Positions 46,461 through 57,663 are shown, counted from the stretch's first letter. The stretch: DNA of 64,000 nt from Thecamonas trahens ATCC 50062 (GCF_000142905.1 NW_013657641.1:68907-132906), one strand, 5' to 3'. The notes: generated by a model not told the origin, from the sequence alone. Program-made: numbers and translations.

Positions 46461-47603
46461 ATGGACAACATCCACGAGGAGCTGGCTGCAGTCCTCGCCT
46501 CGGTGACAGGAGCAGAGCGGCATCTTCGGTCGCTCCTCCGGTCGTACCGCATGCTCAGCAAGACGGCAGACAAGGCCAGGGCGGGCATGGGTTCTGGGCG
46601 GCTCGACGGCGAGGAAGCTGGAAGCGGCGGCGGAGGTGGTGATGGTGGACGAGGCGGACACGGCTCTGGTGGCGTAACCCGGTCGGAAAGCGGCTCGAGT
46701 GGCTTGAGCAGTGTTGGGCAAACCGATGGTGGCAAAAAAATGCCGCCCCCGGGGCTCAAATCCCGCGCAGGTGCGGTGGCCAAGGGTCGGACCCGGGTGC
46801 ATGCGGCGTACGCGGGGCAGGTGGCGGCTATGGCGGCCATGAAGCAGGCCAGGGAGGGCTTTGTGGCTGCCGATGCTGCTGCGCGGGAAGAGGGTGGCGA
46901 TTGTGCTGACGAGGGGCCAGACGATGGCCATGCAGACGCTGTGGCGCGTGCGCTGAGCACGCTCGAGCTCCTGCACTACATCCAGTCGTCGCCGTGGGAT
47001 CCACAAGTCCGTTCACAGGCCCAGATTGACGCCATGACCGCGGTGCTTGAGCGTTACTACGAATTGGCACAGGCGCACAAAGCTGCAGAGGCTGCAGAGA
47101 GCGACGTAGCCTTGGCCGAAGCTCCCGGAGCGGCTGGGAGAGCTGCCGGCGGCGGGTATGATTGGGACCACACGGCGCGCGCCCTTGACGCACTCCGTCG
47201 CGACTGGGAGCCCGATGACGGCCTCCGCGGTGCACCGGCAATAGCAGCGCTGAGCGCGGACGATCTGTCGATCAAGGCGCAACCGCACACATCGTACGTG
47301 CTGCAGTGGCTGCCACACGAGCTCTTCCCGCCGATGCGCCGCATCCTGCGGCCGCCCACGCCCAAGCTCGTGTACACCTCTGTCGACGAAGTCAGCCAGT
47401 TGGCACGGCTACAGTCAGAGCTCCAGGCCCGCATCCTAGACATCCTTGTAGTCCGCAACACCGAGACGCAGATCATCGACGGCCTGCTTCCGTCACTCGA
47501 CCCGGCCGACCGCGAGTTCCGCGCCGCCGCCCGCGCCGCGCACTCGATTGTCCGTCACAGCGGCAAGGCTGCACCACTTGTCTTTGCCGTCCGCGATGAG
47601 TAG
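46461..47603 (+). CDS. Hypothetical protein
   Basis: 380-aa ATG ORF with coding-like composition. No family recognised. Confidence 0.6.
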   Translation: MDNIHEELAAVLASVTGAERHLRSLLRSYRMLSKTADKARAGMGSGRLDGEEAGSGGGGGDGGRGGHGSGGVTRSESGSSGLSSVGQTDGGKKMPPPGLKSRAGAVAKGRTRVHAAYAGQVAAMAAMKQAREGFVAADAAAREEGGDCADEGPDDGHADAVARALSTLELLHYIQSSPWDPQVRSQAQIDAMTAVLERYYELAQAHKAAEAAESDVALAEAPGAAGRAAGGGYDWDHTARALDALRRDWEPDDGLRGAPAIAALSADDLSIKAQPHTSYVLQWLPHELFPPMRRILRPPTPKLVYTSVDEVSQLARLQSELQARILDILVVRNTETQIIDGLLPSLDPADREFRAAARAAHSIVRHSGKAAPLVFAVRDE

Positions 47604-47753
47604 AAATCCGACAAAATGATCTCGTTGAGGTGGATAGCTATGCCGCCCCCGCCCCCGCCCCCGCCCGCCCTCACCCCCTGCGCGATATTGGTCCTCATCC
47701 TGATCCTGATCCAGATCCAGATCATACAAGCACACTATGATCAATCATACCCC

Positions 47754-47787
<34 letters not shown>

Positions 47788-47931
47788 CACCTCCCTAGCC
47801 ATATCGGGACCTTCATCGTGAATAATGGTCACTCTGTCGTCATCTCCCCCTTCCGTCTCCGACGTGCCCGATAGCGCTGGCGATCCTGATCCGCTCACCC
47901 GCCATCACCTCACCGTCTCCCACCCCACGCC

Positions 47932-49308
47932 ATGGCTCGCCGCAAGAAGCGCAAAGCCGGAGTCTCCCTGGCGGAAGCCAAGAAGAGGTTCAAGAACATG
48001 ATGGGCGCAATGGTGACAGGAAACGGTGTGGCGTCAGCTCAATTCCATGCCATGGATGCCCTCCGGCTCAAAGTCGGGCAAGTCGGGCAAGTCGGGCAAG
48101 TCGGGCAAGTCGGGCAAGTCGGGCAAGTCGGGCAAGTCGGGCAAGTCGGGCAAGTCGGGCCAGACTGGGCAAAATTCGAAGAATGGCGGATGTGATGATG
48201 GCGCCACGACAATGGGCTTGGCTACTGAATTGGGCATGCCATCGCGACAGATGGCTTTGACGGATGAGGCGAGCATGCTGGCGGCGTCGGTCCGGCTAAC
48301 GCCTGACTTTCCCTACAAGTCGGCCAAGTCGGTGCTGGTGGTTGGCGATGGCAATCTTTCCTTTGCTCGTGGACTGGCTCTGGCCATGGCTCGGCTTCCT
48401 GGCGAGCGAAAGCTGGTAGCGACGACATATGATGCCCGCGGCGTGCTCTTTAGCAAGTACGTGGGCATGGATGCCATCGTCAAGAGCCTGACCTCCGAGG
48501 CCATGGCTCCATGGGTTTCGCTGGCGCACGGCGTTGACGCGCGGTCGCTGCATGGAGACAACGCGCATCCGGTTGTGACTGCCAACGCACCCTATGATGC
48601 CGTTGTGTTCAACTTTCCCACGTCGGCGGATCGACTGCCGGCGTCGATCTCGCCGCCATCCATCACGACCTGCTTGGCGAGTTCTTCACCTCGGCCCAGG
48701 CCGTCCTCACCCCTGATGGCGTGGTTGAGGTGGCACTCCGCGACACGACGTTTTACAACTCGTGGGACATCGATGGCGCCGCCGTCGACGCAGGCATGGT
48801 CGCCGTCAAGACCTATCCCTTTGATGCTGCCCACTTTCCCGGTTACCGCAATGAGCGGACGGCCTCGGGCGGCCGCGCTCGCGTTGCGCCTGAGCTCTCC
48901 TCGGCCGTCGTGCATGTCTATCGCGTCTCGCGCCGCAAGGCCAAGCGCAAGGCCGCCGCCGCACGCGCCGCCGCCTACATCAAGGCCCACGCCCCCGCCG
49001 CTGCGCCTGCCACACCGTCCACCGCCGCCAGCGACGACGACGACGACGCCGCCCAGCCCCATGACGACGAAGCGGCTACCGCCGCCGGGATCGCCGCCGC
49101 CAACGCCGCCAAGGCTGCCGAACTTGCCGACGCCAATGGCGACGTGCTCATGGGCTTGGGCCTCGGCCGATCTGGCGTGTCCAGCGCCCCGCGTGGCGGC
49201 CGGCGCGGCGGCAAGCACGGTGGTCGCGGCCGCGGCAACGGCCGCAAGGGCAAGTCTTCTGGTCGCGGCCGATCCCGTGGTCGCGGCCGCGGACGTGGCC
49301 GCCATTGA
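47932..49308 (+). CDS. BMT5-like (DUF2431) 25S rRNA uridine-N3 methyltransferase domain protein; frameshift at 48617-48619, further indel(s) near 48.0 kb, start uncertain
   Basis: VLVVGDGNLSFA, LVATTYD, HGVDA, YDAVVFNFP[H]VGG..., LLGEFF.SA, YNSWDI and FPGY, with a basic RGG-like tail. Confidence 0.8.
48068..48161. repeat. 9-bp tandem repeat (caagtcggg) about 10 copies, coding (SGK)n
   Basis: Perfect tandem array visible in the sequence. Confidence 0.95.
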
Positions 49309-49390
49309 TGGTCCGGTAAACAGCATGTGCCTATTGTCGCCTCGTGGCACCACACCTCACTACCCCCGCGCGCCGTCTTTCCCGACCATC

Positions 49391-51064
49391 ATGCTCCGAT
49401 GGAGTCTCTCCACCTCGGTCCGGACTCAGACGCGCCTCCGCGCTGCCTCCAACCTTGTTCTCCCGCCGCTGCTTGACCACGCTCGACTGACGGGCACGAT
49501 CGAGGAGCTGGCCTCGCCGAGCACCTCGTCGTCGCCCTCGTCGTCGCCATCGATCTCCCCGTCTTTGTCGCTGACCACACACGATGTCCTCGCCCACGCC
49601 GCCCGCCTCGCCACCGCCTCGATCACCGAGTCTGGATCAGAGGTCACGACGTCCGGCGAGCCCGTTGCAGTCCTTGCACGGCCTGGTCATGGCTTTGTGG
49701 CCGGAGTGCTCGCCGGATGGATGGCCGCGCGGCCAGTCCTCCCTCTCTGCGTGGCCCATCCGCCGGGCGAGCTGTCGTACGCCCTGCACGACGCAGCTCC
49801 GAGCACAGTGCTTGTGCAAGCTGGCATGGAAGAGAGGCTGGCAGGTGAGGGCGTGGTGCCCGAGGAGACCGAGGTCGTCGTCATGGACCCGCTTCCTCCC
49901 GCCGCTGCTCCGGCCGACCGCGACCTGGTCGACCAGCTGGAGCTCGCGCCGCAGGACGTCCGGGCGGCCGGTGCGTTCATTGTGTATACGTCTGGCACCA
50001 CGGGCCGCCCCAAAGGCGTGGTTGTCTCGCATCATGCGCTGGTGGCTCAGGTCAACATGCTCCGCGCAGCATGGGCGTGGTCGTCGGCAGACGCGCTGCT
50101 CAACGTTCTCCCGCTCCATCACGTCCACGGGCTGATCAACGTCACCTGTTGCGCCCTGGCAGCCGATGCCGCGCTCAAGCTTGACCCGGCTGGCTTTGAT
50201 GCTGCTCGGCTGGTGGATGCTATTGTGCAAGGTGAGGTCAATGTGCTCATGGCGGTGCCAACGGTCTACGCCCGGCTCATCGAGCACGTGCAGGCGCTGC
50301 CGGCGGCGGATCAGGCCGCGTTTCGCGCCGCGAGCGAGGCCATGCGGCTGCAAGTCTGCGGATCGGCGGCACTGCCCGAGCCCGTTCTCCGGGCTTGGGA
50401 GGGCGTTTCGGGCCACGTCCTGCTGGAGCGGTACGGGATGACCGAGCTTGGCATGGCGCTGTCGAACCCGTATACGCCCGAGAGCGCGCGGCGGCCTGGA
50501 TGGGTGGGGAGCCCGCTGCCGGGCGTCACGGCGGCGCTGCGGGATCTGGAGACCAAGGACATGCTTGATGCTGCTCACGAGGGTCCCGGCGAGCTCCTCA
50601 TCAAGTCGCCCGGCATGTTCTCCGAGTACCTCAACAAGCCCGAGGCAACAGCGGCCGAGTTTACTTGCGACGGCTGGTTCACCACCGGCGACGCGGCCGC
50701 ACGCGACCTTGCCACAGGTGAATACCGCATTCTCGGCCGTCTTTCGGCCGACATCCTCAAGGTCTCTGGCTACAAGATTTCCGCGCTGGAGATCGAGCGC
50801 GCGCTGTTGGCGCTGCCGACCGTCCGCGACGTTGCGGTCGTCGGCGTCCCGCACGAGACCAAGGGTGAGTCGGTGGTCGCGGTCGTCGAGCTGGCGCGCA
50901 CGTGGCACGACGGCGATGATGCGCTGCTCGCGCACCTTTGCGATGGAGCTGCTAGTGAGCTCGCCAGCTACAAGATGCCATCACGGGTGGTGGTGGTGGA
51001 CAGTCTCCCGCGCAACACCCAGGGCAAGGTCATGAAGCGCGAGCTGGTGGCGCAGCTGACATAG
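49391..51064 (+). CDS. ACSF3: Malonyl-CoA synthetase, ACSF3/MatB-like acyl-CoA synthetase, mitochondrial
   Basis: YTSGTTGRPKG, LPLHHVHG, MAVPTVY, GSAALP, LLERYGMTE, GWFTTGD, ILGRLSADILKVSGYKISALEIE and LPRN..GKV. Presequence MLRWSLSTSVRTQTRLRAAS. Confidence 0.9.
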   Translation: MLRWSLSTSVRTQTRLRAASNLVLPPLLDHARLTGTIEELASPSTSSSPSSSPSISPSLSLTTHDVLAHAARLATASITESGSEVTTSGEPVAVLARPGHGFVAGVLAGWMAARPVLPLCVAHPPGELSYALHDAAPSTVLVQAGMEERLAGEGVVPEETEVVVMDPLPPAAAPADRDLVDQLELAPQDVRAAGAFIVYTSGTTGRPKGVVVSHHALVAQVNMLRAAWAWSSADALLNVLPLHHVHGLINVTCCALAADAALKLDPAGFDAARLVDAIVQGEVNVLMAVPTVYARLIEHVQALPAADQAAFRAASEAMRLQVCGSAALPEPVLRAWEGVSGHVLLERYGMTELGMALSNPYTPESARRPGWVGSPLPGVTAALRDLETKDMLDAAHEGPGELLIKSPGMFSEYLNKPEATAAEFTCDGWFTTGDAAARDLATGEYRILGRLSADILKVSGYKISALEIERALLALPTVRDVAVVGVPHETKGESVVAVVELARTWHDGDDALLAHLCDGAASELASYKMPSRVVVVDSLPRNTQGKVMKRELVAQLT

Positions 51065-51114
51065 TCTGGCTTGATCGGCAGCAATAAACACGATGCATCC
51101 AGCACCAAGCGTCA

Positions 51115-52200
51115 TCACCGCTTCCCACCGGCCGCCTTGCGCTTGGCCAGCATGGCCTGGAGTCGCGCGAGTTTGGACGCGGTGTGAGCGGCACGGGCGT
51201 CGTCATCGGCAAAGGCCGCGGCCTTGGCCTTGTACGTGGCAACGAGCTCGGACGGCGGCGCAAGGACGGGTGGCGGCGGAGGAGGCTGAGCCGCGGGCGG
51301 TGGGGAGGGAGCAGTGGCAGCAGGTGGTGATGGGGCGGGAGCAGGGGCGCGCGGCGCGGGAGGCGATGCGTGATGGACGAGCTTTTTGCGCTTGCGCTTG
51401 GCCTTGGCCTTGGCCTTGTGGGCTCCGACAACGTCATGGACGGCACGGATTCGGGGAGGCGCGGCGAGGAGCGGGGCGGCGTGGTCATCGTCGTCGTCGT
51501 CGTCGCGGAGGGTTATCGATGGCTCGCCGACAGTGGCCGAGCCAAAGGAGAGGAGGGCGGCATTGGTGACAGCCTTGCGCTTGCGCTTGCGCTTCCGCTT
51601 GGGCGCACGGAGCTTGGCGATGGCGGCAGCGACGTGTGTAGCCGGGACGAGGTCGAGGAAGGGGTTGACGGTGATGTCGATGGAAGTGATGGTAGGCAGA
51701 ACCTCTGGGCGGAATGAGACCTCATTGATGAGCATTTCTGTCATAGCCATGATGGTGAAGAGCGAGCGGTTGACGACCTTGCCAATGATGGTGGCCTTGC
51801 CGTCAAGATCTGGCAGCGGAGCGAGAGTGATGAGCAGCTGCGATCTGTTCCTGTTGTCGGGAGAAGCCATACAAGCCACGATGCCGCGCTTTGCAAACTT
51901 GATGCGTTTGTGAAACTCATGCCCAATGCCCGAATCACTGCCACTCTCCGGATCATAATTAATGGAGAATCCACCAGTGCCCGAATCGGTAGGATCGCCC
52001 ACTACCACGCCGCTCTCCTTGTCGATGCGGAAGAAGCCGCAGCCGTCGTACGCGCCTCCGGCTGCCAGCGAGAGCACATTGCGGACGTTCTCCCTCGCCT
52101 CACGTGCCCAGAGCTCCACCTCTACATCTCCCTTGCTGGTGTGCACTACCATCTTGCCCGACGTCGCAGGTTCGTGGGATACCGTCTCGTTGGCGCTCAT
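51115..52200 (-). CDS. CWC27: Spliceosomal cyclophilin-like protein CWC27
   Basis: EPATSGKMVVHTSKGDVEVELWAREA, GDPTDSGTGG.SI, EFHKRIKF.KRG, NPFLDL.P and KAVTNAALLSFG. Confidence 0.82.
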   Translation of the reverse strand: MSANETVSHEPATSGKMVVHTSKGDVEVELWAREARENVRNVLSLAAGGAYDGCGFFRIDKESGVVVGDPTDSGTGGFSINYDPESGSDSGIGHEFHKRIKFAKRGIVACMASPDNRNRSQLLITLAPLPDLDGKATIIGKVVNRSLFTIMAMTEMLINEVSFRPEVLPTITSIDITVNPFLDLVPATHVAAAIAKLRAPKRKRKRKRKAVTNAALLSFGSATVGEPSITLRDDDDDDDHAAPLLAAPPRIRAVHDVVGAHKAKAKAKRKRKKLVHHASPPAPRAPAPAPSPPAATAPSPPPAAQPPPPPPVLAPPSELVATYKAKAAAFADDDARAAHTASKLARLQAMLAKRKAAGGKR

Positions 52201-52673
52201 GGCTGGTGTGGTGGTGCCGCCTAGGTCGGCGAGTCGAGTCGAGTGGCCGTCGCTGTCGCTGTCGCCTGTCTTGGCTTTGGACACAAGGAGCGATTCAATT
52301 AATTGAAGGATGGCCGCCGGAAATGACCAAAGGCGTGGATGAAGTCGATGGTGATGGGGCGACAATGGGCCGAGTATGGGCGGACGAGAGGTGCTGAAGA
52401 GGGGGGGGGTGGCGAGGGGATGGGATGTGGGGGTGATCGGGGTCAGGATGGGGCTTGATGGTGGCTTGATGCTCTTCCTACGACTTTTAGCGGGGCCGGG
52501 GGGGGTTATGGCCAAATCTGCTCAATTTTTGTGATCCCATGCAGATGCGGAAGCAGCTCGCACGGCCGCACTTGAGGCTCGGGGAAGCCATATCCGCACC
52601 TCCTTGCTGTTCTCTGGTGCTCATGCACATCGGCTCTGCCTCGATTCTGCACGTAGGAAAGACATACATGGCT

Positions 52674-53939
52674 TTACACCAGCTTGTGGGTCCGCATCTT
52701 CCGCTCGTGGAGGGTGCGCTGGTAGCCGACCTCTGATGGCTCAGAGACGGAGTAGTCGGGGACCTTGCCCTCTGCAGCGTTGCGGTCGATGACGCGATTG
52801 GCAAGTTTGTCGATGTCTGCGGCGTAGGTAGTCTCGAGGCGCATCTCGCGGTCGAGGCCCAGCTTGAGCGAGCGCTGCAGGTTCTTGGAGTAGATGGTGG
52901 AGAAGGCGCGGTCCGTGGTCGGCGGGCGCCACTCGAACGACTGGGTGTAGACCGAGGCAGCGGGCTCGGGCCGCTTGCCTTGTGCAAGCATGCGATCGAG
53001 CTCGAGCTGGGAGAGGGCGGTCTGGCCGTGTGCGTCGAACCGCGACGAGCCGGCGTCGTTTTGCTGCAGGTTGATCTTGTTGGTGGAGAGGCCGGCGAGA
53101 ACGGGCGAGCCCGGGCGGGCGGTGTTGGCCATGAGGTCCGCATCGTACTCTGCACAGAGGTCGAGACCGTGGACATCATGGTCCGCGTTGTCGTTGCCGA
53201 CAAACGAGGCCGAGGCGTCGCGTGTGGCGGTGGCGTACAGCTCAGTGAAGGAGGTTGCCGGCGGGCGTGCGGCGAGCGCAGCGCGGGCCTCTAGCTCACC
53301 TTCTGCGGTAAAGGCAGCATAGACAGCACTCCGCCAGGGGAACGAGTCGCGAAGGCTATCTTGACCGACAAGCGCGCCCTGCAGTCGCCGCATGGCCTGA
53401 ATGAAGGCGGTCTTCCCGGCATCTCTGAGCGAGGCGTACCAGCTGGCGAGAGCGGCCATCCAGACGGGGCGGATGATGTTTCCGGCAAAGAACTGAAGAT
53501 AGGCCTCGACGGCATGCGGGCCCGAGTCCTCGCCCAGCTCGGTCGCCATGGCCTCCATGTACCTGGCCAGGACGGTGGCCTCGATGTCATCGAAGTCTGC
53601 TGTGGTCAGGTACTCCCACTGTGCGCCGATGTCGGCAGGCTGGATCCCGTCCCATCCGTGCTTGGGGCGATGAGCGGCACAGCGGAGAATGACTTGCGAG
53701 TCTGTCTCTGGTCCACGGGCCTGGACGATGCCTGCCCGCGCAGCAGCACGATGACCGGCAGCCTGGCTCGGCCGAGCACTCGCGCTGGCTCGCTTGGCAA
53801 AGAGCGAGAGGAGGCGGATGAGGGCACGCCGGTCGTCCTCGCAGGCACCATGGGTGAGGTACTCTTCCATGACCGTCACAAGCACCTCGTCGAGGTACGG
53901 GGCCAGTCCGCGCGGGAACAGCGCTCTCCTGCGCGACAT
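52674..53939 (-). CDS. Hypothetical protein
   Basis: ORF from MSRRRALFPRG (about 420 aa). The upstream ORF extension only runs through a minisatellite. Confidence 0.65.
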   Translation of the reverse strand: MSRRRALFPRGLAPYLDEVLVTVMEEYLTHGACEDDRRALIRLLSLFAKRASASARPSQAAGHRAAARAGIVQARGPETDSQVILRCAAHRPKHGWDGIQPADIGAQWEYLTTADFDDIEATVLARYMEAMATELGEDSGPHAVEAYLQFFAGNIIRPVWMAALASWYASLRDAGKTAFIQAMRRLQGALVGQDSLRDSFPWRSAVYAAFTAEGELEARAALAARPPATSFTELYATATRDASASFVGNDNADHDVHGLDLCAEYDADLMANTARPGSPVLAGLSTNKINLQQNDAGSSRFDAHGQTALSQLELDRMLAQGKRPEPAASVYTQSFEWRPPTTDRAFSTIYSKNLQRSLKLGLDREMRLETTYAADIDKLANRVIDRNAAEGKVPDYSVSEPSEVGYQRTLHERKMRTHKLV

Positions 53940-54010
53940 GATAGAGTCTGGAAGGAGAGACGGGTGTGCGTCCGTTGGCTGTTGGCCGGCGCCACACGTT
54001 GTTGGGGGCC

Positions 54011-54230
54011 AACGATTGTTTGTTGTTGGCGGGAATGGGCAACGATTGTTTGTTGTTGGCGGGAATGGGCAACGATTGTTTGTTGTTGGCGGGAATGGGC
54101 AACGATTGTTTGTTGTTGGCGGGAATGGGCAACGATTGTTTGTTGTTGGCGGGAATGGGCAACGATTGTTTGTTGTTGGCGGGAATGGGCAACGATTGTT
54201 TGTTGTTGGCGGGAATGGGCAACGATTGTT
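54011..54230. repeat. Minisatellite, 30-bp unit (aacgattgtttgttgttggcgggaatgggc), 7 perfect copies plus a partial copy
   Basis: Identical units at 30-bp spacing from 54011, between two divergently transcribed genes. Confidence 0.97.
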
Positions 54231-54251
54231 CGCTGGTAGACCCGTCTCGCC

Positions 54252-55875
54252 ATGACGACGAGCCAGGTAACGCTCCACCAGCAAGGAGCGCACGTGCGGA
54301 GGCGATGCCAAGGAGTAGTCGAGGGTGGCCATGTGGCGCTCGTCTTCCCTGCCCTCTCTCCGCATGTGGTCGTCCGCACGGTCACCGCCTCGGTGGTGGC
54401 AGTCAATCCGCCTGGCGCCGCCCTCGTGGCGTCATCGATGCCGTCATCGCCAACAGCAGCAACGACGCCCGAGCCGACGCCCGAGCCGACACCCGAGCCG
54501 AAGGCAATGGGGCCGACGCCAGAGGCTAGGCCAGCAGAGCCGACATCATCACCGCCACCGCCAGCATCATCATCGCGATCTGGCTCGCTCTGCGCCTGGA
54601 TCGACCGTGTCGAGGTGTCCAAGCTCCCGCCGCTCCCTCCACCGCTTCCTGCTGGCGATGAAAACGTGGGCGGAGAGGTTGAGACCGTTGCGTCCGGACA
54701 TGCTGCTGGCAAGGAGCGACGTTGGGCCGTGGATGAGGTCATCGAGTCGTGGGCGGTGGCTGCAGCGGATGCGGCAAAGTCTGTCGAGGAGTACATGGCA
54801 GCAGTGGCCGGGCTCGATGCCATGTTCGATGCGGTGGCCGGGGTGCGGAAGCAGATGTACCGACCGAGTCTGCCACGGCCTCGCGCACGCAGTCTGCGCG
54901 CTGCGGCGACATTGTGGTCTCTGTCACCGGCTCAGAGGCTGCAGAGGGGCATGTGGTCGAGGTGGAGGTTCAGTATGTGGTGACTCGGGTAGGATGGAAG
55001 CCCGAGTACGAGGTCAGGATCGATACGGTGGCCAACGAGGCCGAGATTGTAGTCCACGCAGGGGTGGACAACAACTGCGGCGAGGCTTGGGGCAGTGCGG
55101 ATGCGCCAGTGGAAGTCGACTTTACCTATCTACCGCTCCCAGTCGACGCGTGCGCGCTGCCGACGGCCGAGCCACCGCCGGTGGTAGCGGTAGTTACCGG
55201 CGATGAGCACTTGACCGATGTTGCCGAGGCCGGCTTTGCCTTTGCGGAGCTCCCACAATTCAGTGCGGCTGCAGTTGTGGTGAGTGGCGAGAGCAGGGTC
55301 GAGATTGGGAGCGTGGTGTTGCCTGTGGTGGCCCAGGTCCACGTGGTCGCGCCTGCGCAGGAGCCATTGGCGTACCTCCGAGTTGACTTGGAGAACACAA
55401 GCGGTCGGTTGCTTGCGCCTGGCGAGGCTTCCGTCTTTGCAGACGGTAGCTTTGTGGGCGGCTAGCAATGTCGGCGGTGGCACCCGCGGCACGCTTCCGG
55501 CTCTTCTGTGGTGCCGACGGCGACATCGACATCGAGTACACGCCGCCGATTATGGTCGACGGGGCCGGCGAGGCTGAGGCGACAGCAAGGCGGGTCGAGC
55601 ACCTCGTCCGGGTGACCAACCCCAAGGACCGACCGATTCAGCTGCTGATGCGACACCCGCTGCCTGCGGCAAACGACCCGCGAGTCCGGGTCACGCTTGT
55701 CACACCCGAGATCGTGGCCGCCGATCCACGGGTGAGCCTCGCCAACGGGGCCATTGTCTGGTCGCTGCAGGTCGAGGCCGGCGATGAGGTCCGGCTGCCG
55801 CTCACGTACGCACTCGAGAGCGAGTCTGGCGTCGGGCCGCCGGTCCTCCGCGGCCAGCCGGCGGAGCGTCACTGA
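54252..55875 (+). CDS. DUF4140/DUF4139 domain protein; two -1 frameshifts near 54840 and 55458
   Basis: VTLHQQGAHVRR (DUF4140-like); VQYVVTRVGWKPEYEVRI, VDNNCGEAW, PLAYLRVDLENTSGRLLAPGEASVFADGSFVG, FCGADGDIDIEY, VRVTNP and IVWSLQVEAG. Confidence 0.75.
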
Positions 55876-57374
55876 ACCACGCATTCGCTCTGCTTCCCAG
55901 TTCGACGCACGTTCTTCCGCTTAGCCTTGCACACCTCGGCGTCAGGCTTAATCACACGGTTGATGAACTTTTTCCATGATGAAAAGCCCGGCGGCGGCGG
56001 AACGCGCTTGAGCACCGGTTTGCACTTTTGTCCAGCCTGTGACGGGTCAAACGGCGGCGGCGGCGGCGTCTTTGCAGCCGATGTGGACTTGGCAGCCGGC
56101 GGAGGAGGCGGTGGAGGCGGGGATGAAGGGCCCACCGGTACCGCTTTGCCACCAGGCGTTACAACCGTCTGCAGTGCGCCCATGTCGGTGTCCATGACAT
56201 CGGCCCCGTCAGGTACTGCGCCATCAACGTCCTCGTTGGTCTCCGGAGAGGCGTCGGCATCGGGTTCGAAGCATAGTTTCTCTTCGGAAGCGGAGGACGA
56301 GGACGAGGACGACGATGACGAGGAGGCAGGCGCGTCGGGCAGACCAGCCTTGGGCTTGGCGTCCGGCACCAAGTTGGGCGCTGTGTCGACGCGCGGAAAG
56401 TAGGTGAGGAGCGCGTCTTCGTACAGAGCCTTGTCGTTGGCCATGAAAACGCAGAAGACGATGCGATCAAAGGCTGTGGCGTTTTCTGGCGAGGCGTCCA
56501 TCCACTCTCGGACAGCGCGGACGGCAAAGCGGGCGGCTGGCTCATTGGGAAAGCCGTATACACCGGTGGCGATGCAGCAGAACGCGATTGAGGTCAAGCC
56601 GTGGGCCTTTGCCAGCTCGAGGGAGGAGAGATAACACGAGACAAGCTCAAAGGCGTCCTCGCGACAGAGCTCTGTCCACACGATGGGCCCGACCGTGTGA
56701 ATGACGTGCCGAGCGGCTAGTTTGTAGCCGTGGGTGATCTTGGCGTCGCCCGGCTCGCACCCGTCGAGCTGCTCGCACTCTTCACGGAGCTCCAGGCCTG
56801 CAGCGCGATGAATGGCGCCGTCGACACCACCGCCACCAAGCATCTGTGTGTAGAGCAGAGATGTGAGTGCATGCGCCGATCAGCGAGACAAAGTGGCTAT
56901 GACCGCATCATCCTTTCATGCGTGCGATAGCCAAGCCGCCCCCGATGACCTCGATGACCCTCCGTAGCTCTCGGCAACGCTGATGACCCCGATGACCGCT
57001 GATGACCGCTGATGATCCCAGACGACCGCTGATGACCCCCGATGATCCCAGACGACCACTGATGATCCCCGACGATCCCAGACGACCGCTGATGACCGCT
57101 GATGATCCCAGACGACCGCTGATGACCCCCGATGACCCCCCGAGAGCCCCTGATGCCCCCCCCCCCCCCCCACCCGCCTCAAACATACCCTTCCATTGGC
57201 AGCATTGACGACAGCATGGACATGCAACTGGGTGATGTCCCCACGATGCAGGACCAGCCTCTCATTGGCCTCTGGCCATACTCTCGGACGACCATCTGGA
57301 GGGAACACCCGCTCTGCCTTCTGGTCCTCCAGCACATACACACTCCACGGCACACTGTCCCTCTCACTCGCCAT
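55869..57374 (-). CDS. Macrodomain ADP-ribose/O-acetyl-ADP-ribose hydrolase (MACROD1/2-like); intron 56844-57188
   Basis: RGDITQL.V.AVVNAANGR|MLGGGGVDGAIHRAAG, GDAKIT.GY.L.ARHVIHTVGP and SIAFCCIATGVYGFP. Phase-0 AGG|GTATGT...ACAG|ATG. Confidence 0.93.
56943..57140. repeat. Imperfect intronic minisatellite (about 30-bp units built from 10-bp gatgaccRcY subunits)
   Basis: Repeated gatgatcccagacgaccgctgatgacc motif inside the macrodomain intron. Confidence 0.85.
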
Positions 57375-57559
57375 ATTCGTCTTTGGCGCCACGTGTGGTC
57401 TCTTCTGGTCCAGGACGAGGTGGTCAAGGGGCTTGAGTGTGGTGGCGGTCAGCGGCTGATCGGGTGCCTGTCGTTTCCCCTCACTTGGGCAGAAGGAACA
57501 CTCGCTGCGAATGGAAGGTGTCAGTCGGGGGGGGGGGGGGGGGGGGGGGGGGGCTGGGG

Positions 57560-57657
57560 ACAGGCAACAGCCTCAGACAGGCAACAGCCTCAGACAGGCA
57601 ACAGCCTCAGACAGGCAACAGCCTCAGACAGGCAACAGCCTCAGACAACAGCCTCGG
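57560..57657. repeat. 17-bp tandem repeat (acaggcaacagcctcag) x5 plus a degenerate copy
   Basis: Perfect units next to a long G run, just past the vault gene stop codon. Confidence 0.93.
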
Positions 57658-57663
57658 CTTCAT

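Noticed and set aside
48026-51064. 1012-aa ORF suggesting a methyltransferase/acyl-CoA synthetase fusion
   Set aside because: Artefact of the frameshift at 48617-48619. The BMT5-like gene continues in another frame to 49308, and ACSF3 has its own ATG and presequence at 49391.
54011-54230. 30-32-bp repeats (also 39919-40160) as CRISPR arrays
   Set aside because: Head-to-tail units with no unique spacers, no cas genes, and a eukaryotic context.
53940-54365. (NNRCPFPPTT)n repeat as the N-terminus of the 563-aa ORF
   Set aside because: It is a translation of a perfect minisatellite that is open in several frames and overlaps the divergent gene. A better ATG exists at 53939.
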